Below, in pieces: positions 51,489 through 61,000 of a stretch of DNA of 62,273 nucleotides (its first letter is position 1; every line of letters starts with the position of its first letter). Made by a program: the position numbers and the translations under genes. The DNA lies in IMG/VR virus record IMGVR_UViG_3300046054_000005, positions 1 through 62,273 of that record; one strand, given 5' to 3'. The DNA is from a virus. A model generated the notes under the pieces. The model had not been told where the DNA came from. It made no database searches and was given only the letters and a program-made list of their open reading frames with translations.

Positions 51489-51641
51489 GACACGCTTGCA
51501 AGAGCGTGGCCTTCCAAATCGTGGACGCGGGCATGTTCTCGCGCTGTGGCAGTTGCCACGGCGCCTGAATGCTCGCCTCCCGGCTGCGTAGGGCGCGGCC
51601 ATCCGTTGGGATTCCTAACGGGTTGGCCGCGCCCTTTTTTT
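51489..51641 (+). ncRNA. Candidate ~150-nt small RNA bracketed by a promoter and a terminator.
   Basis: No ORF longer than 10 codons apart from an unlikely N-terminal extension of the scaffold gene. Internal hairpins cacgct-tgcaag-agcgtg and gtggca..tgccac. Ends in the terminator listed next. Confidence 0.4.
51591..51641 (+). terminator. Strong intrinsic terminator.
   Basis: Stem gggcgcggcc / ggccgcgccc with an inner ccgtt..aacgg helix, followed by T7. Confidence 0.75.
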
Positions 51642-51664
51642 GTTCCCTGACACCAGCAAGCACA

Positions 51665-52420
51665 ATGACCCTCAAGCGCCTATCCGACCGGCGAATCGCC
51701 TACAACAACAACGGTGGCGGTAGTGGTGGAACGCCCGACAACAACGATTCCACCGAACAACAGCAGGGCGGCCCGCACCCGGCAGACGTGAGCGAAGAGG
51801 TCGAGAAGGAGGTGCGCCGCTTCATGCAGAAGAACGGCGGCGGTGGCTTTAGTACGGTCCACCAGCTACTCCAGAAGACGGAACGGCTGGCGGCAGAGCG
51901 CGACGCCTACAAGGAGCGCGTACCGCCCGAAGATGCAGTCGTCTTGACCGGGCAGGACGCCGAAGACTACAAAAAGTACCGCCAGTTCGGGGAGCCAGAC
52001 GAGGTCGAAGAGGGGCTGGAAGAGCTTGACGAGTACCGCGAGCGGGAGCAGAAGGAGAAGGAGCTTGCCGCACTCGACAAGGCGGCCCAGATCGCGGGCT
52101 TCGACTCCGATGCGTTTCGCGAGATCGCCGCGCCGCGCGACCTCGACGTGCAGTTTCGGGTCGTGGGCGACAGCGAAGAGGAGAAGGAAGAGCGCCCGTT
52201 CGTCGTCGTGCAGTCCGGCGATGAAAAGGAGCGCGTTCCGCTCGAAAAGTACGTCCAGCAGAACATGGCGTGGGCCGTACCATCGCTGACAAGCAAGGAC
52301 GACGACGAGGAACGCGAGTTTCTCCCGCAGGAGGGCGACCCCGACGAAGACGACAACGACACCGGCGATGAACTCGGTGCCGGATTCATGAAGAACCGTT
52401 ACAGCCCGGCCCCCGCGTAG
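51665..52420 (+). CDS. Scaffolding protein candidate.
   Basis: Acidic, coiled-coil-rich 251-aa protein lying upstream of the capsid gene (one ORF in between). ATG at 51665. Confidence 0.55.
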   Translation: MTLKRLSDRRIAYNNNGGGSGGTPDNNDSTEQQQGGPHPADVSEEVEKEVRRFMQKNGGGGFSTVHQLLQKTERLAAERDAYKERVPPEDAVVLTGQDAEDYKKYRQFGEPDEVEEGLEELDEYREREQKEKELAALDKAAQIAGFDSDAFREIAAPRDLDVQFRVVGDSEEEKEERPFVVVQSGDEKERVPLEKYVQQNMAWAVPSLTSKDDDEEREFLPQEGDPDEDDNDTGDELGAGFMKNRYSPAPA

Positions 52421-52461
52421 GCTCCCCTTTCGTACTCTATTCCAGAAACGACGCATCTATT

Positions 52462-53175
52462 ATGCCGCTCGCCGTCTTCACGCTTTCGTTCTTCGGAGCC
52501 GCCGCCGCCCTTCTGCTCGTCGGGATGGCGATTGGCGTCGATTCCACGCATTGGTCACAGACGAGCGACCCCGTTTGGATTGGTGACGACCTGAACCGCG
52601 AGCACGTCATGCCCGGCGGCGCGGTCGTGGACGCCGATGCGGTGGAGACCATCGCGGGCGTTGACGTTACCGCGGCCACGGCTGCTTCCGCCGGTGACAC
52701 CAGCGTAGACATTGAGCCGCTCGACCCGGAGATCGACAATGAGGCAGGCCGCCCCCTTATCCCACCGGGGGCGACGCTTCGTTTCGCTTCGGGCGAGTAC
52801 GCCACGTTGAGTGCTGCGGCGTATTCAGGCGACGGCACGCTGGAGGTCGAGGCACTGGACAATCCGGTATCTTCGGGCAACACTGCGACGCACAATCACC
52901 TCGGGCGCATCCAGATTAGCGCAGGCACGCCGCTGGGTCGCACGCAGAGTGAAATGGAGAACGACGAAGCGTTCACGCCTGCCGACCCCGCCAATGACGA
53001 CGAGATTTACCTGACTGTCTACTCGAAGTTCGACTTGCGCGACGACCCCGGTGTGGAGCTTCTGCGCCCCGGCACGCTGATTTACTACAATCACCTGCCC
53101 GGCTGGGATGGGTTCAGCGCCGACCTCCAGTCCGCGCTCCGTGACCGGTACGAGGTTCAGAAAGGCGTAGCGTAG
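52462..53175 (+). CDS. Hypothetical head-module protein with a hydrophobic N-terminus.
   Basis: 237-aa ORF between the scaffold and capsid genes. Confidence 0.45.
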   Translation: MPLAVFTLSFFGAAAALLLVGMAIGVDSTHWSQTSDPVWIGDDLNREHVMPGGAVVDADAVETIAGVDVTAATAASAGDTSVDIEPLDPEIDNEAGRPLIPPGATLRFASGEYATLSAAAYSGDGTLEVEALDNPVSSGNTATHNHLGRIQISAGTPLGRTQSEMENDEAFTPADPANDDEIYLTVYSKFDLRDDPGVELLRPGTLIYYNHLPGWDGFSADLQSALRDRYEVQKGVA

Positions 53176-53223
53176 ATCCTTCGTTTTTGCTTCTCAATCG
53201 CCCGTTGATCGGGCTTTCCTGAC

Positions 53224-54345
53224 ATGGACGTTTACACACTGCTTAGCCGCCTGCAAGAGCAGGGCCGGTTCGACAACATCGCTGGCTCGACCGTGGCGCA
53301 GTTCGGCACGCCCGAACGCCAGTACCTCGGAGCGCGCTTCATGCCGGAGCAACTCGTTGCCAACCACGGGCGCGAGGATCAGATCCGCTACCGCACGGTC
53401 GTTGCCTCGGCAGGCACCCGGTTCAGCACGGCGACGAAGAAGTCGCAGGGGCAGATGGTCGGCGGCTTCCGCTACGAGCTGGGGCACTCCGACATCGAGC
53501 GGGACATGACGTCGCAGGACTACGACGCCGTCATCGAGCACCTGAATCAGGGCGGCGACTTTCAGCAGGCAGCGGCCAACACCGTGCTGGACTTTACCGA
53601 CACGGCCATCAACCGCGCGCTCGTCGAGTTCAACGAGATGCAGCGCTGGATCTATTGGGAAACGGGGCAGGTGACGATCCAGCTTCCGCGTGGGGGGCAA
53701 GAGGTCGTCGACTACCCACAGCCGGACGGGGGTGGACACCGCCTAACGGCGGGTGGCCCGTGGAGCGACGACAGCTACGACGCCATAGCTGACATTGAGC
53801 GCGCTGCCGATGTGCTGCGCGATAAGGGGTATCGCGTGGACAACATCGTTCTCTCGAACCGGGTGCTCCGCATCCTCTCCAACCGCGACGACATTCGCAA
53901 GCTGGGCGGCACGGCGGTCACGGTGCCCGACGACAGCAGTGCTCCCGGTTTCAGCATTGCCGCCTTTCGTGCGGATCGGAACGTAGTCGCCAACGCCTTC
54001 GACGCGCTCGGCCTTCCGGCCCCGCTCCGGTACGACCTTCACTACTGGAGTCAGAACGGGCAGGAGCGCTTCATGAGCGACGACGTGGCCGTATTCATCG
54101 GAGAGGCTACGTCGGGCCGCGAGCGTATCGTCAACAACGAAAAACCCGAAGACGTGCGCGTCTTGCCCAACACGCTCGGCTACGTCGGCGTGGGTCGTGC
54201 AGCGGGCCAGTCGAGCCGGGGTCGTGCCATCGACGTTCAGCAGTTCACCAACAAGCCGCCCCGCGTGCAGATGGAAGGCTGGCAAACGTCGCTGCCCATC
54301 CCGCAGGAGCCGGAATCCACGTCTGTCATCGACGGCATCGAGTGA
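53224..54345 (+). CDS. Major capsid protein, lambda gpE-like family.
   Basis: 373 aa. Resembles Phage_cap_E at the N-terminus (FMPEQL...IRYRTV) and C-terminus (VLPNTLGYVGVG ... W.TS.P). Sits in the expected position. Confidence 0.7.
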   Translation: MDVYTLLSRLQEQGRFDNIAGSTVAQFGTPERQYLGARFMPEQLVANHGREDQIRYRTVVASAGTRFSTATKKSQGQMVGGFRYELGHSDIERDMTSQDYDAVIEHLNQGGDFQQAAANTVLDFTDTAINRALVEFNEMQRWIYWETGQVTIQLPRGGQEVVDYPQPDGGGHRLTAGGPWSDDSYDAIADIERAADVLRDKGYRVDNIVLSNRVLRILSNRDDIRKLGGTAVTVPDDSSAPGFSIAAFRADRNVVANAFDALGLPAPLRYDLHYWSQNGQERFMSDDVAVFIGEATSGRERIVNNEKPEDVRVLPNTLGYVGVGRAAGQSSRGRAIDVQQFTNKPPRVQMEGWQTSLPIPQEPESTSVIDGIE

Positions 54346-54776
54346 TCCCCAACGCAGACGTTCCCAATCCTATGCTTTCCCCAGCCCTTCTCTTTTTCGC
54401 CCTTCTCGCGGGACTGACGCTCCAGCGCTCCTACGTTTACGAAGGCAAGCGCCTGCGCCCGTCCGGAAACGAGGGTACCGCGCTGGACGACGACGACGAA
54501 GAGGTCAAGATCCCCTCGCGCCTGCGCAAGCGCCTCGAAAAACAGGAGCGCGAGCAAGGCGAACTCACGTCGGACACGCCGATCCCCGATGACTTCCCGC
54601 ACGCAGACATTTTGAAGGAGAACGGTTTGGAGGTACTGGAAGGCGTCGCAGAGATCGAGGACTTTACGGAACTCGACGGCATCGGCGACAGCGAGGCGGG
54701 GCAGGAAAAAGCCAACGCCATCAAGACGGGCTTGACGTCGGCCAAGTTGAACCGGAAGCCCGCCAATGACGAGTGA
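54342..54776 (+). CDS. Hypothetical head-proximal protein (start 54342 GTG or 54372 ATG).
   Basis: 144-aa ORF. Confidence 0.4.
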   Translation: MIPNADVPNPMLSPALLFFALLAGLTLQRSYVYEGKRLRPSGNEGTALDDDDEEVKIPSRLRKRLEKQEREQGELTSDTPIPDDFPHADILKENGLEVLEGVAEIEDFTELDGIGDSEAGQEKANAIKTGLTSAKLNRKPANDE

Positions 54777-54779
54777 TCT

Positions 54780-55148
54780 ATGCCGCCCGATCACTTCATC
54801 TTTCCGAATGGAGAGTTGCGAGAGGCGTGGTTTCCAGACCACGACCTTTCCATAGAGGTGCTGCGACCGAAACTCGACGCGGCTCGCGAACGGTACCCCG
54901 ACCGGCCCGACGCACGAGAGGCGTGGGTGTACGCCGAACTCTACGAGGCGGTGTACCTGCGCAAGAGCGACGAGCCGGTGAGCGTGACGGAAGACGGCGA
55001 GGGCCGGACGCAACACAAGGCCGAACAAGCAATCCGTTTTTTAAGGAAGGCAGAGCACTGGCGAGAGCGCTTGGACTCGCTCCTTCCCGACACGTCTCGC
55101 AAGCCGCGCACTCCACGCAGCAGCAACGCTCGCGCGCACCGCGTCTGA
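54780..55148 (+). CDS. Head-tail connector candidate.
   Basis: 122-aa ORF, assigned by position only. Confidence 0.4.
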   Translation: MPPDHFIFPNGELREAWFPDHDLSIEVLRPKLDAARERYPDRPDAREAWVYAELYEAVYLRKSDEPVSVTEDGEGRTQHKAEQAIRFLRKAEHWRERLDSLLPDTSRKPRTPRSSNARAHRV

Positions 55149-55177
55149 CCGTTCTTTCACATGTTGACCACGCCAAC

Positions 55178-55558
55178 GTGGACTTTGCCGCTTCGCACAC
55201 GCAGACGTTGCGCGACGTGAGCCGGGAACGCCACAACGCAACCGTGGACATTGTCGAGCGCCCCGAAGACGACCGGGGCGGCATTGGCCCACCGCAGATC
55301 GTCGCCAGCAATGTGAGTTGCCGGATGCGGGCGATGGATGTGGACGAGGCGGAGCGCTTGATCGGCGGGGGGCAGAGGGACCGCCAGCCGTATCTATTCC
55401 ACTTCGCGCATGACGAGGACCGCGTGAGCACAACGTCTCACCTCCGGTGGGGCGACCGCCTCTTTGAGGTACAGAGCGCGCCTAACGACTACCCTGACCG
55501 CTCGAAGGTGCGGGTGGTGGCCGTCGAGGCTGATGAATCACTTGAAGGACGCCTATGA
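55178..55558 (+). CDS. Head-closure / adaptor candidate (GTG start).
   Basis: C-terminal part of track ORF 54773..55558. The upstream part of that ORF overlaps 54780..55148 in another frame. Confidence 0.4.
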   Translation: MDFAASHTQTLRDVSRERHNATVDIVERPEDDRGGIGPPQIVASNVSCRMRAMDVDEAERLIGGGQRDRQPYLFHFAHDEDRVSTTSHLRWGDRLFEVQSAPNDYPDRSKVRVVAVEADESLEGRL

Positions 55559-55929
55559 AGAAACGAAATCAGCCGAACGTCAAGTGGGTCATCCCGAAGC
55601 GGGAGCAGCGAAAGCTGAACCGTGCCGCGCTACTGTGGAGCGCCGAAAAGCGGACGCGCGTCAAGAAGGTGAACCGCAAATACGCCGACCTCATCTTCAA
55701 AGAGGCCATCGACAGATGCCCCGTGGACACGGGCAACCTTCGTTCTACAATCGAGGAGATCGTTGAGGCTGCGGGGATGAGAATCCTGATCGGGACCCGA
55801 AAGACGACCTACGCCCTCTACGTCGCACTTGGGACGAAGAATATGGACGCGCAGGCATTTCTGCGGCCCGCGTTCGAGATGTACGCTGCCGACTGGCTGC
55901 GGGACGTGAAACGCGCCATACGCAAATAG
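55555..55929 (+). CDS. HK97 gp10-family tail-connector protein.
   Basis: CPVDTGNLRSTI ... YALYVALGT ... AFLRPAF matches the P.DTG.L..S ... YA..VE.G ... PFL.PA pattern. Confidence 0.65.
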   Translation: MKKRNQPNVKWVIPKREQRKLNRAALLWSAEKRTRVKKVNRKYADLIFKEAIDRCPVDTGNLRSTIEEIVEAAGMRILIGTRKTTYALYVALGTKNMDAQAFLRPAFEMYAADWLRDVKRAIRK

Positions 55930-55932
55930 CCT

Positions 55933-56376
55933 ATGCCCGCCGATGCTTTCGACTACACAGAGGACTGGACAGATGCCGTACTGGTGGCGGTTTACGAGCG
56001 TCTCGACGAAATCGAAGTTTCTGTTGACGGGACAGATCGTGTTATCCAGTGCTACACGGCGGTGGTACCGAACGCTAAGCTCCCATACTACCGGCTTTCG
56101 AACCCGCGTATGGTAGAGGACGGGGCGCAGCAGGGCGCATCATACGGCGGCGCGCAGGAGGTTCGCATTCAGCTTGACGCCTTCTCGTGGGACGGCGACA
56201 CGGAGACGGTCGGGGCGCTGAAAAGCGCCGCCTTTCGGCAACTCGCCGCCAGCCCGCTCCCCCTTGACGGTGCGACGGTCACATTTGCAACGATGGAGGG
56301 GAGCAGCAGCCCGCCCGACGAAGACGCAGAGCACGGCGTGGTCGATCTCTACTTTCGCGTTCAGCCGGGAATCTGA
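55933..56376 (+). CDS. Tail completion / terminator candidate.
   Basis: 147-aa ORF, assigned by position. Confidence 0.45.
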   Translation: MPADAFDYTEDWTDAVLVAVYERLDEIEVSVDGTDRVIQCYTAVVPNAKLPYYRLSNPRMVEDGAQQGASYGGAQEVRIQLDAFSWDGDTETVGALKSAAFRQLAASPLPLDGATVTFATMEGSSSPPDEDAEHGVVDLYFRVQPGI

Positions 56377-56412
56377 ATTGCCATTCACTTTTCTTCACAA
56401 TCCTCTCGTGCT

Positions 56413-56712
56413 ATGTCCGACCCGCAGCAAAAGGCCGTATCACAGAACCAATTCGACTTCGACGGCGAAGAGGTCCGTCGCGGGCAGGTCATTGTCGGTG
56501 CCCCCGACCGGATTCGTGGCCTGATCGAAAGCGGGCTGGCGGTGAAGGCGAACGAGATGCACAAGGGCATGGTCAAGGAAGGCGAGTTTCTGTTGCACCA
56601 CAAGGGGGGTGGGCATTACGACGTGCTGGACGGCGAGGGGGCCGTCCTGAACGACGAAAAGCTGCGTGGTCGCGAGCAGGCCACCGACTTCATCGAGAGC
56701 ATGACCGGATAG
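56413..56712 (+). CDS. Hypothetical protein.
   Basis: 99-aa ORF. Confidence 0.4.
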   Translation: MSDPQQKAVSQNQFDFDGEEVRRGQVIVGAPDRIRGLIESGLAVKANEMHKGMVKEGEFLLHHKGGGHYDVLDGEGAVLNDEKLRGREQATDFIESMTG

Positions 56713-56757
56713 CACGACGGTTCATCATTTTTCTGATTCAAGCCCCTCTTTTTCGTC

Positions 56758-57195
56758 ATGGCAACTTCCGAAACCAAAGGTATCGCCATCGGCCTGTACG
56801 TCGATGTGGAAGACGGCAGTGGCTCTGTCGTGCAGACGCTCGTTGCGGCGCGGCGCGGTCTCTCCCTCGAAGAGACGTTGGAGTTGTTCGACGCCTCAAC
56901 CGCTGACAACCGCGCGGACGGCCCGGCGCGCGTGCCCGACATGAACGATTGGTCCGCCAGCATCGACGGCCTTCTCCTATTCGACGAGGGAACGGGGTCG
57001 ATGGACGCGACGCAGCGCCGTCTCCAAACAGCGGTGCGCGAAAAGGAGGAGGTCACCGTCGAGGTGCAGTACCCCGGTGGCTATGTCGATGAGGGTACGG
57101 CCTTCGTAGAAACGTTCTCGTTGGAGGCCCCGCACGATGACCTCTCGACGTACAGCGCCGACCTCTCTGCCGCGTCGCCGCTCACGGAACAGTAA
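56758..57195 (+). CDS. Major tail (tube) protein.
   Basis: 145 aa, immediately upstream of the chaperone pair and tape measure. Confidence 0.6.
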   Translation: MATSETKGIAIGLYVDVEDGSGSVVQTLVAARRGLSLEETLELFDASTADNRADGPARVPDMNDWSASIDGLLLFDEGTGSMDATQRRLQTAVREKEEVTVEVQYPGGYVDEGTAFVETFSLEAPHDDLSTYSADLSAASPLTEQ

Positions 57196-57218
57196 TCTCT
57201 CTTTAGCCAGTCAAAAAC

Positions 57219-57716
57219 ATGTCCTCGCTCGTTCAGAACGCGATTCCGTTCACGTTCCGCTACCTGGATTTCAGCGGAGGGGAGCCGAAAGAGCGCGAAG
57301 AAAAGCGGCACTTCTACTTTACGATGGGGTCCGTCAAGCGCATGTACGAGGTGGCGGAGGTGGACGAGGACGAGATGGAAGAAGCCATCGAGAAGGGCGA
57401 GTTGGATCAGGGCGACCCGCTGCCCCGTGCCGACGACGAGGAGGAGTCGATGGGGGCCGAAGAGCTTCAAAAGAACTTCGACGTAGGCATCAAGATGATG
57501 TGGGCCGGGTTGCTCGCAGAAGCGGAGGCGCGCGGGGAGGTACTGACCGTCGAGCACGTCGGCCACATGGTCGGTGCCGGTGACGAACTCGAAGACGCGA
57601 TGACGGCAGCAGCGAAAGCGCTCAACAAGTTTTTGTCGGGGCTGTCTGACGAGCAGCAGTCCGACTTGGCTGGCGACCTCCAAGAAGCGGGAAAGCCCCA
57701 GAGCCAGACCGCGTGA
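57219..57716 (+). CDS. Tail assembly chaperone (G-like).
   Basis: Position, acidic composition, and a slip site near the 3' end. Confidence 0.6.
   Translation: MSSLVQNAIPFTFRYLDFSGGEPKEREEKRHFYFTMGSVKRMYEVAEVDEDEMEEAIEKGELDQGDPLPRADDEEESMGAEELQKNFDVGIKMMWAGLLAEAEARGEVLTVEHVGHMVGAGDELEDAMTAAAKALNKFLSGLSDEQQSDLAGDLQEAGKPQSQTA
57689..57695 (+). promoter_or_regulatory. -1 programmed frameshift heptamer G GGA AAG.
   Basis: The zero-frame codons are GGA AAG. The -1 frame continues open to 58093. Confidence 0.65.
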
Positions 57717-58093
57717 CGCTTCCGCCGATCAATATCCGTGGGCTTTTCGGCGAGTGCTGCGGGTTGTTAGGCTGGGAGCCGGAAGCGTTCTGGCAGGCCC
57801 AATATTGGGAGTGCGAGCGGGCGTTGCGCCATCATCGGCAAGAGCAGCACGAGCAGCGCCAGTTCGAAGCACGGAAGGCTTCATTCATGGCAGCCCACTT
57901 CGGCGCAGCGTTCCGCGCGGAGGATTGGGCACCGCCGGAACCGACCGACTTGTACGACGCCGACGCCTTCACACGAGAGGCGAAACTCCAAGAGGAGCGC
58001 TTCGAGAAGCAGGAACGCGAGTACCTCCAAGAAGAGAAAGAGGCGCTGCGCAAGATGTTTGACCTTCACCGCCCACCCTTTGCCGAAGCGTAA
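57713..58093 (+). CDS. T-like extension of the tail chaperone, expressed as a G-T fusion by the -1 frameshift.
   Basis: The ORF lies in the -1 frame relative to 57219..57716 and ends at the tape measure start. Confidence 0.55.
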   Translation: MTLPPINIRGLFGECCGLLGWEPEAFWQAQYWECERALRHHRQEQHEQRQFEARKASFMAAHFGAAFRAEDWAPPEPTDLYDADAFTREAKLQEERFEKQEREYLQEEKEALRKMFDLHRPPFAEA

Positions 58094-61000
58094 TGGCCAG
58101 CTTTGGTGAGAAGCTACATAGCCTAATGGTCGAGCTTGAGGTGGACCCCTCTGGCTTGAACAGGATGGGCAAGTCGATAGACCGCGCCCTGACGAAGAGC
58201 GGCAAGCTGCGCAATTTCGGCAAGAGCATGACCCGCAATGTCAGCGCACCGTTGGCGGCGGTGGGCGGGCTGGCGACGAAGGCGTTCAGCGACTTCGACT
58301 CGGCGTTACAGCAGAGCATTTCCATCATGGACGACACGGCGCAGTCGATGCGCGGGGAGATGGCGTCGGCAGCGCGCGAGGTCAGCCAAGCGACCACGAC
58401 GTCAAGCCGGGATGCGGCGAAGAGCTTCTACTATCTGGCGTCGGCAGGACTTGACGCGAAAGAGAGCATCGCGAGCCTACCCGATGTGGCAAAGTTTGCG
58501 CAGGCGGGCATGTTCGACATGAAGAGGGCGACCGACCTCGCCACGGACGCGCAGTCCGCGCTGGGGCTGAAGGTGGAAGACACCCAGAAGAACGCAGAGA
58601 ACATGCGCAAGGTGATGGACAACCTTGTGCGGGCAAACCAGTTGGCGAACGCCAGCGTCGAGCAGTTCAGCGAGGCCCTCACGAACCGCGCGGCGGCGGG
58701 GTTAAAGGTGGCGAACAAGAGCATCGAAGAGGGCGTGGCGGTGCTGGCCGCTTTTGCCGATCAGGGCACGAAGGGGCGGCGCGCGGGGATGCGCCTATCG
58801 CAGATTCTACGCATATTGAGCAAGTCCGCGTCGGAGAATACGGAGCGCTTTCGCGAGCTGGGGCTGGTAGACACGGAGGGCAACCTTAAAAGCATGAGCA
58901 CGATCATCCGCTCGCTGACGGATGAGCTGGGCGGGTTGAGTGACGCGGCGCTATCGGCGGAGCTTGATCAGTTGGGCTTTACCGCCAGAGTTCAGCAAGC
59001 GATCAAGCCGCTGCTGGGCCAGGCCGACGCTATCGAGAACTACCGGAAGGAACTCGAAGAAGCGGGCGGAGCCGTGGACGAGGTCGCCCAGAAGCAGCTG
59101 AAATCGTTGCAGGCGCAGTTCAAGCTGACCTTCAATGCGATCACGAACGCGGCGCAGGAGTTAGGCGCGGCGATGGCCCCCGCCGTGCGCCCCGTGCTTG
59201 ATGCCGTTCGGGACGTAGTGCAGGCGTTCAGAGAATTACCCGACAGCGTGAAGAGGACTATTGCCATCGTGGGCGGCCTCGTCGCTGCCGTGGGACCATT
59301 GCTGGTGGTAATCGGGGCGATTGCGCCTGCTATTACGAGTGCGATCGGTGTGTTCGGCTCGCTGGCGAGCGCAGGCGGTACGCTGGCGGGCGTTCTGTCT
59401 GGTTTGGCAAGCGGGAGCATGAAGCCCCTGTTCCTCGCCCTGCGCCCGATTCTGCCGCTCCTGAAAGGCATGGCGGGCGTCCTAAGCGGCCCCTTTGCAG
59501 CGGCGGCGGGAGTAGCAGCGGCTGCGGGGAGCTTCATCTACGCGCGCTGGGACGACCTACGGGCAGCCCTCGCCGGGCCGATCATCCGCGTATGGGAGGC
59601 CCTGTCGGAAACGGTCGGCAGCGTCATGTCGTCCATCGGCGATAGCGTTGGAGACGTGCTGGGTGAGATTCAGAAAATCTGGGAGGGGGTATTCGGTGAT
59701 GCCGTTGTCGCCGCCGTTGGAGTCATGGCTGACGTAATTGCTACGGTTGCGGTCCCCGCCATCGAGAGTATCGGGCGGGTTGTCGAGCACACGGTGCGAA
59801 CGGTCAAGAACCACCTCGGCTTGATCATAAGCGTGTTACGCGGTGATTTTACCGGGGCGCTGGACTACATCGAGGCCGAATGGAAGCGCTCCTTCGAGTT
59901 CATGAAGGAGTCCGTTGTAGAACTGACGGATGCCAGCGAGCGCGAGTTGACGGACTTCGAGAAGGCAGCCTACGTCGTATTCAGTGACATACGAGATGTA
60001 GTTAAGGGGTGGGCTAACGACGTAGTTTACGAAGCCCGGTGGGCATGGGCACGTTTCCGCACGGAGGTGAAGGACGCTTGGCCCAAGATTGAGGCCCGCA
60101 TCGAAGAGGGGGCCGCCAAAGCGTGGAAAGCGTTCAAAAAAGGATTCTTCGACCTGCTTCCCGACGCCCTCGAAGACGCGCTGAAGGCGGTTCGGGATTG
60201 GGCGGCGTCGGTAGGAAAGGCGGTTCGGGACGGCGTCAGCGGGGCCGTGTCTGACATGAAAGCAGAGGTAGACCGCTTGGCAGGGGAGTACAACATTCGC
60301 TTCAACACGGAGGCCACCGGTTCCGCAGCCAGAATCCTTACCGGGGAATCTTTGGGCGGGGACCCCGTGAGGAGCTTGATGGTGAAGGTTGGCGGGTCGG
60401 CGGGTGCGGAAAAGGTGGAGGACACTAAGAAGGAAATGACCGAATTGCAGAAGACGATCAACGAGACGATGGGCAACCTGCGCTCGTCGTTGGACGAAAT
60501 CGGGCGCAAGACGGAGTTCTGGAATACGCCGTTAGAGGGGGCCAAGAACCGCGTCAGGACCATTAAGCGGACCATTGACAAGCTGCTTACGGAAGGCATG
60601 AACCCCTCCGGCGCGGCAGCGGCGCGGCTACGCGATCGGCTTTCCGAAGCGAGGGATAAGGTGCGGGAACTGCTGATAAAGATGAGGGACATTCCGAAGG
60701 CGGCTTCGGCTGACCTCGACTTGAAGGGCCTCATTCCGGAATCTATCGAGGTACCGGATACGGTGTTTACGTCTTTTCAGAAGTTAGCCGACAAACTCGG
60801 CACGACGAAACGGAAAGTAGAAGAGCTTCCTCCAGCCTTTCGTCAAAGCATGACGCGGGTGGCTATACATTCACAAGAATATGCACAAGCGGCCACCGAA
60901 GCCTTCTTCAAGATAAAAAAGCAGGTCCAGAAGCTGGGCAAGGACTTGCTAAAGTCCTTCGCGCTCGACACGGGGAAGGCTATCGGTCGGGGGGTGGCGC

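Noticed and set aside
51569-51664. An N-terminal extension of the scaffold gene from the ATG at 51569.
   Set aside because: It would require translating through the strongest terminator hairpin in the genome. The ATG at 51665 follows the terminator and has the usual acaATG context.
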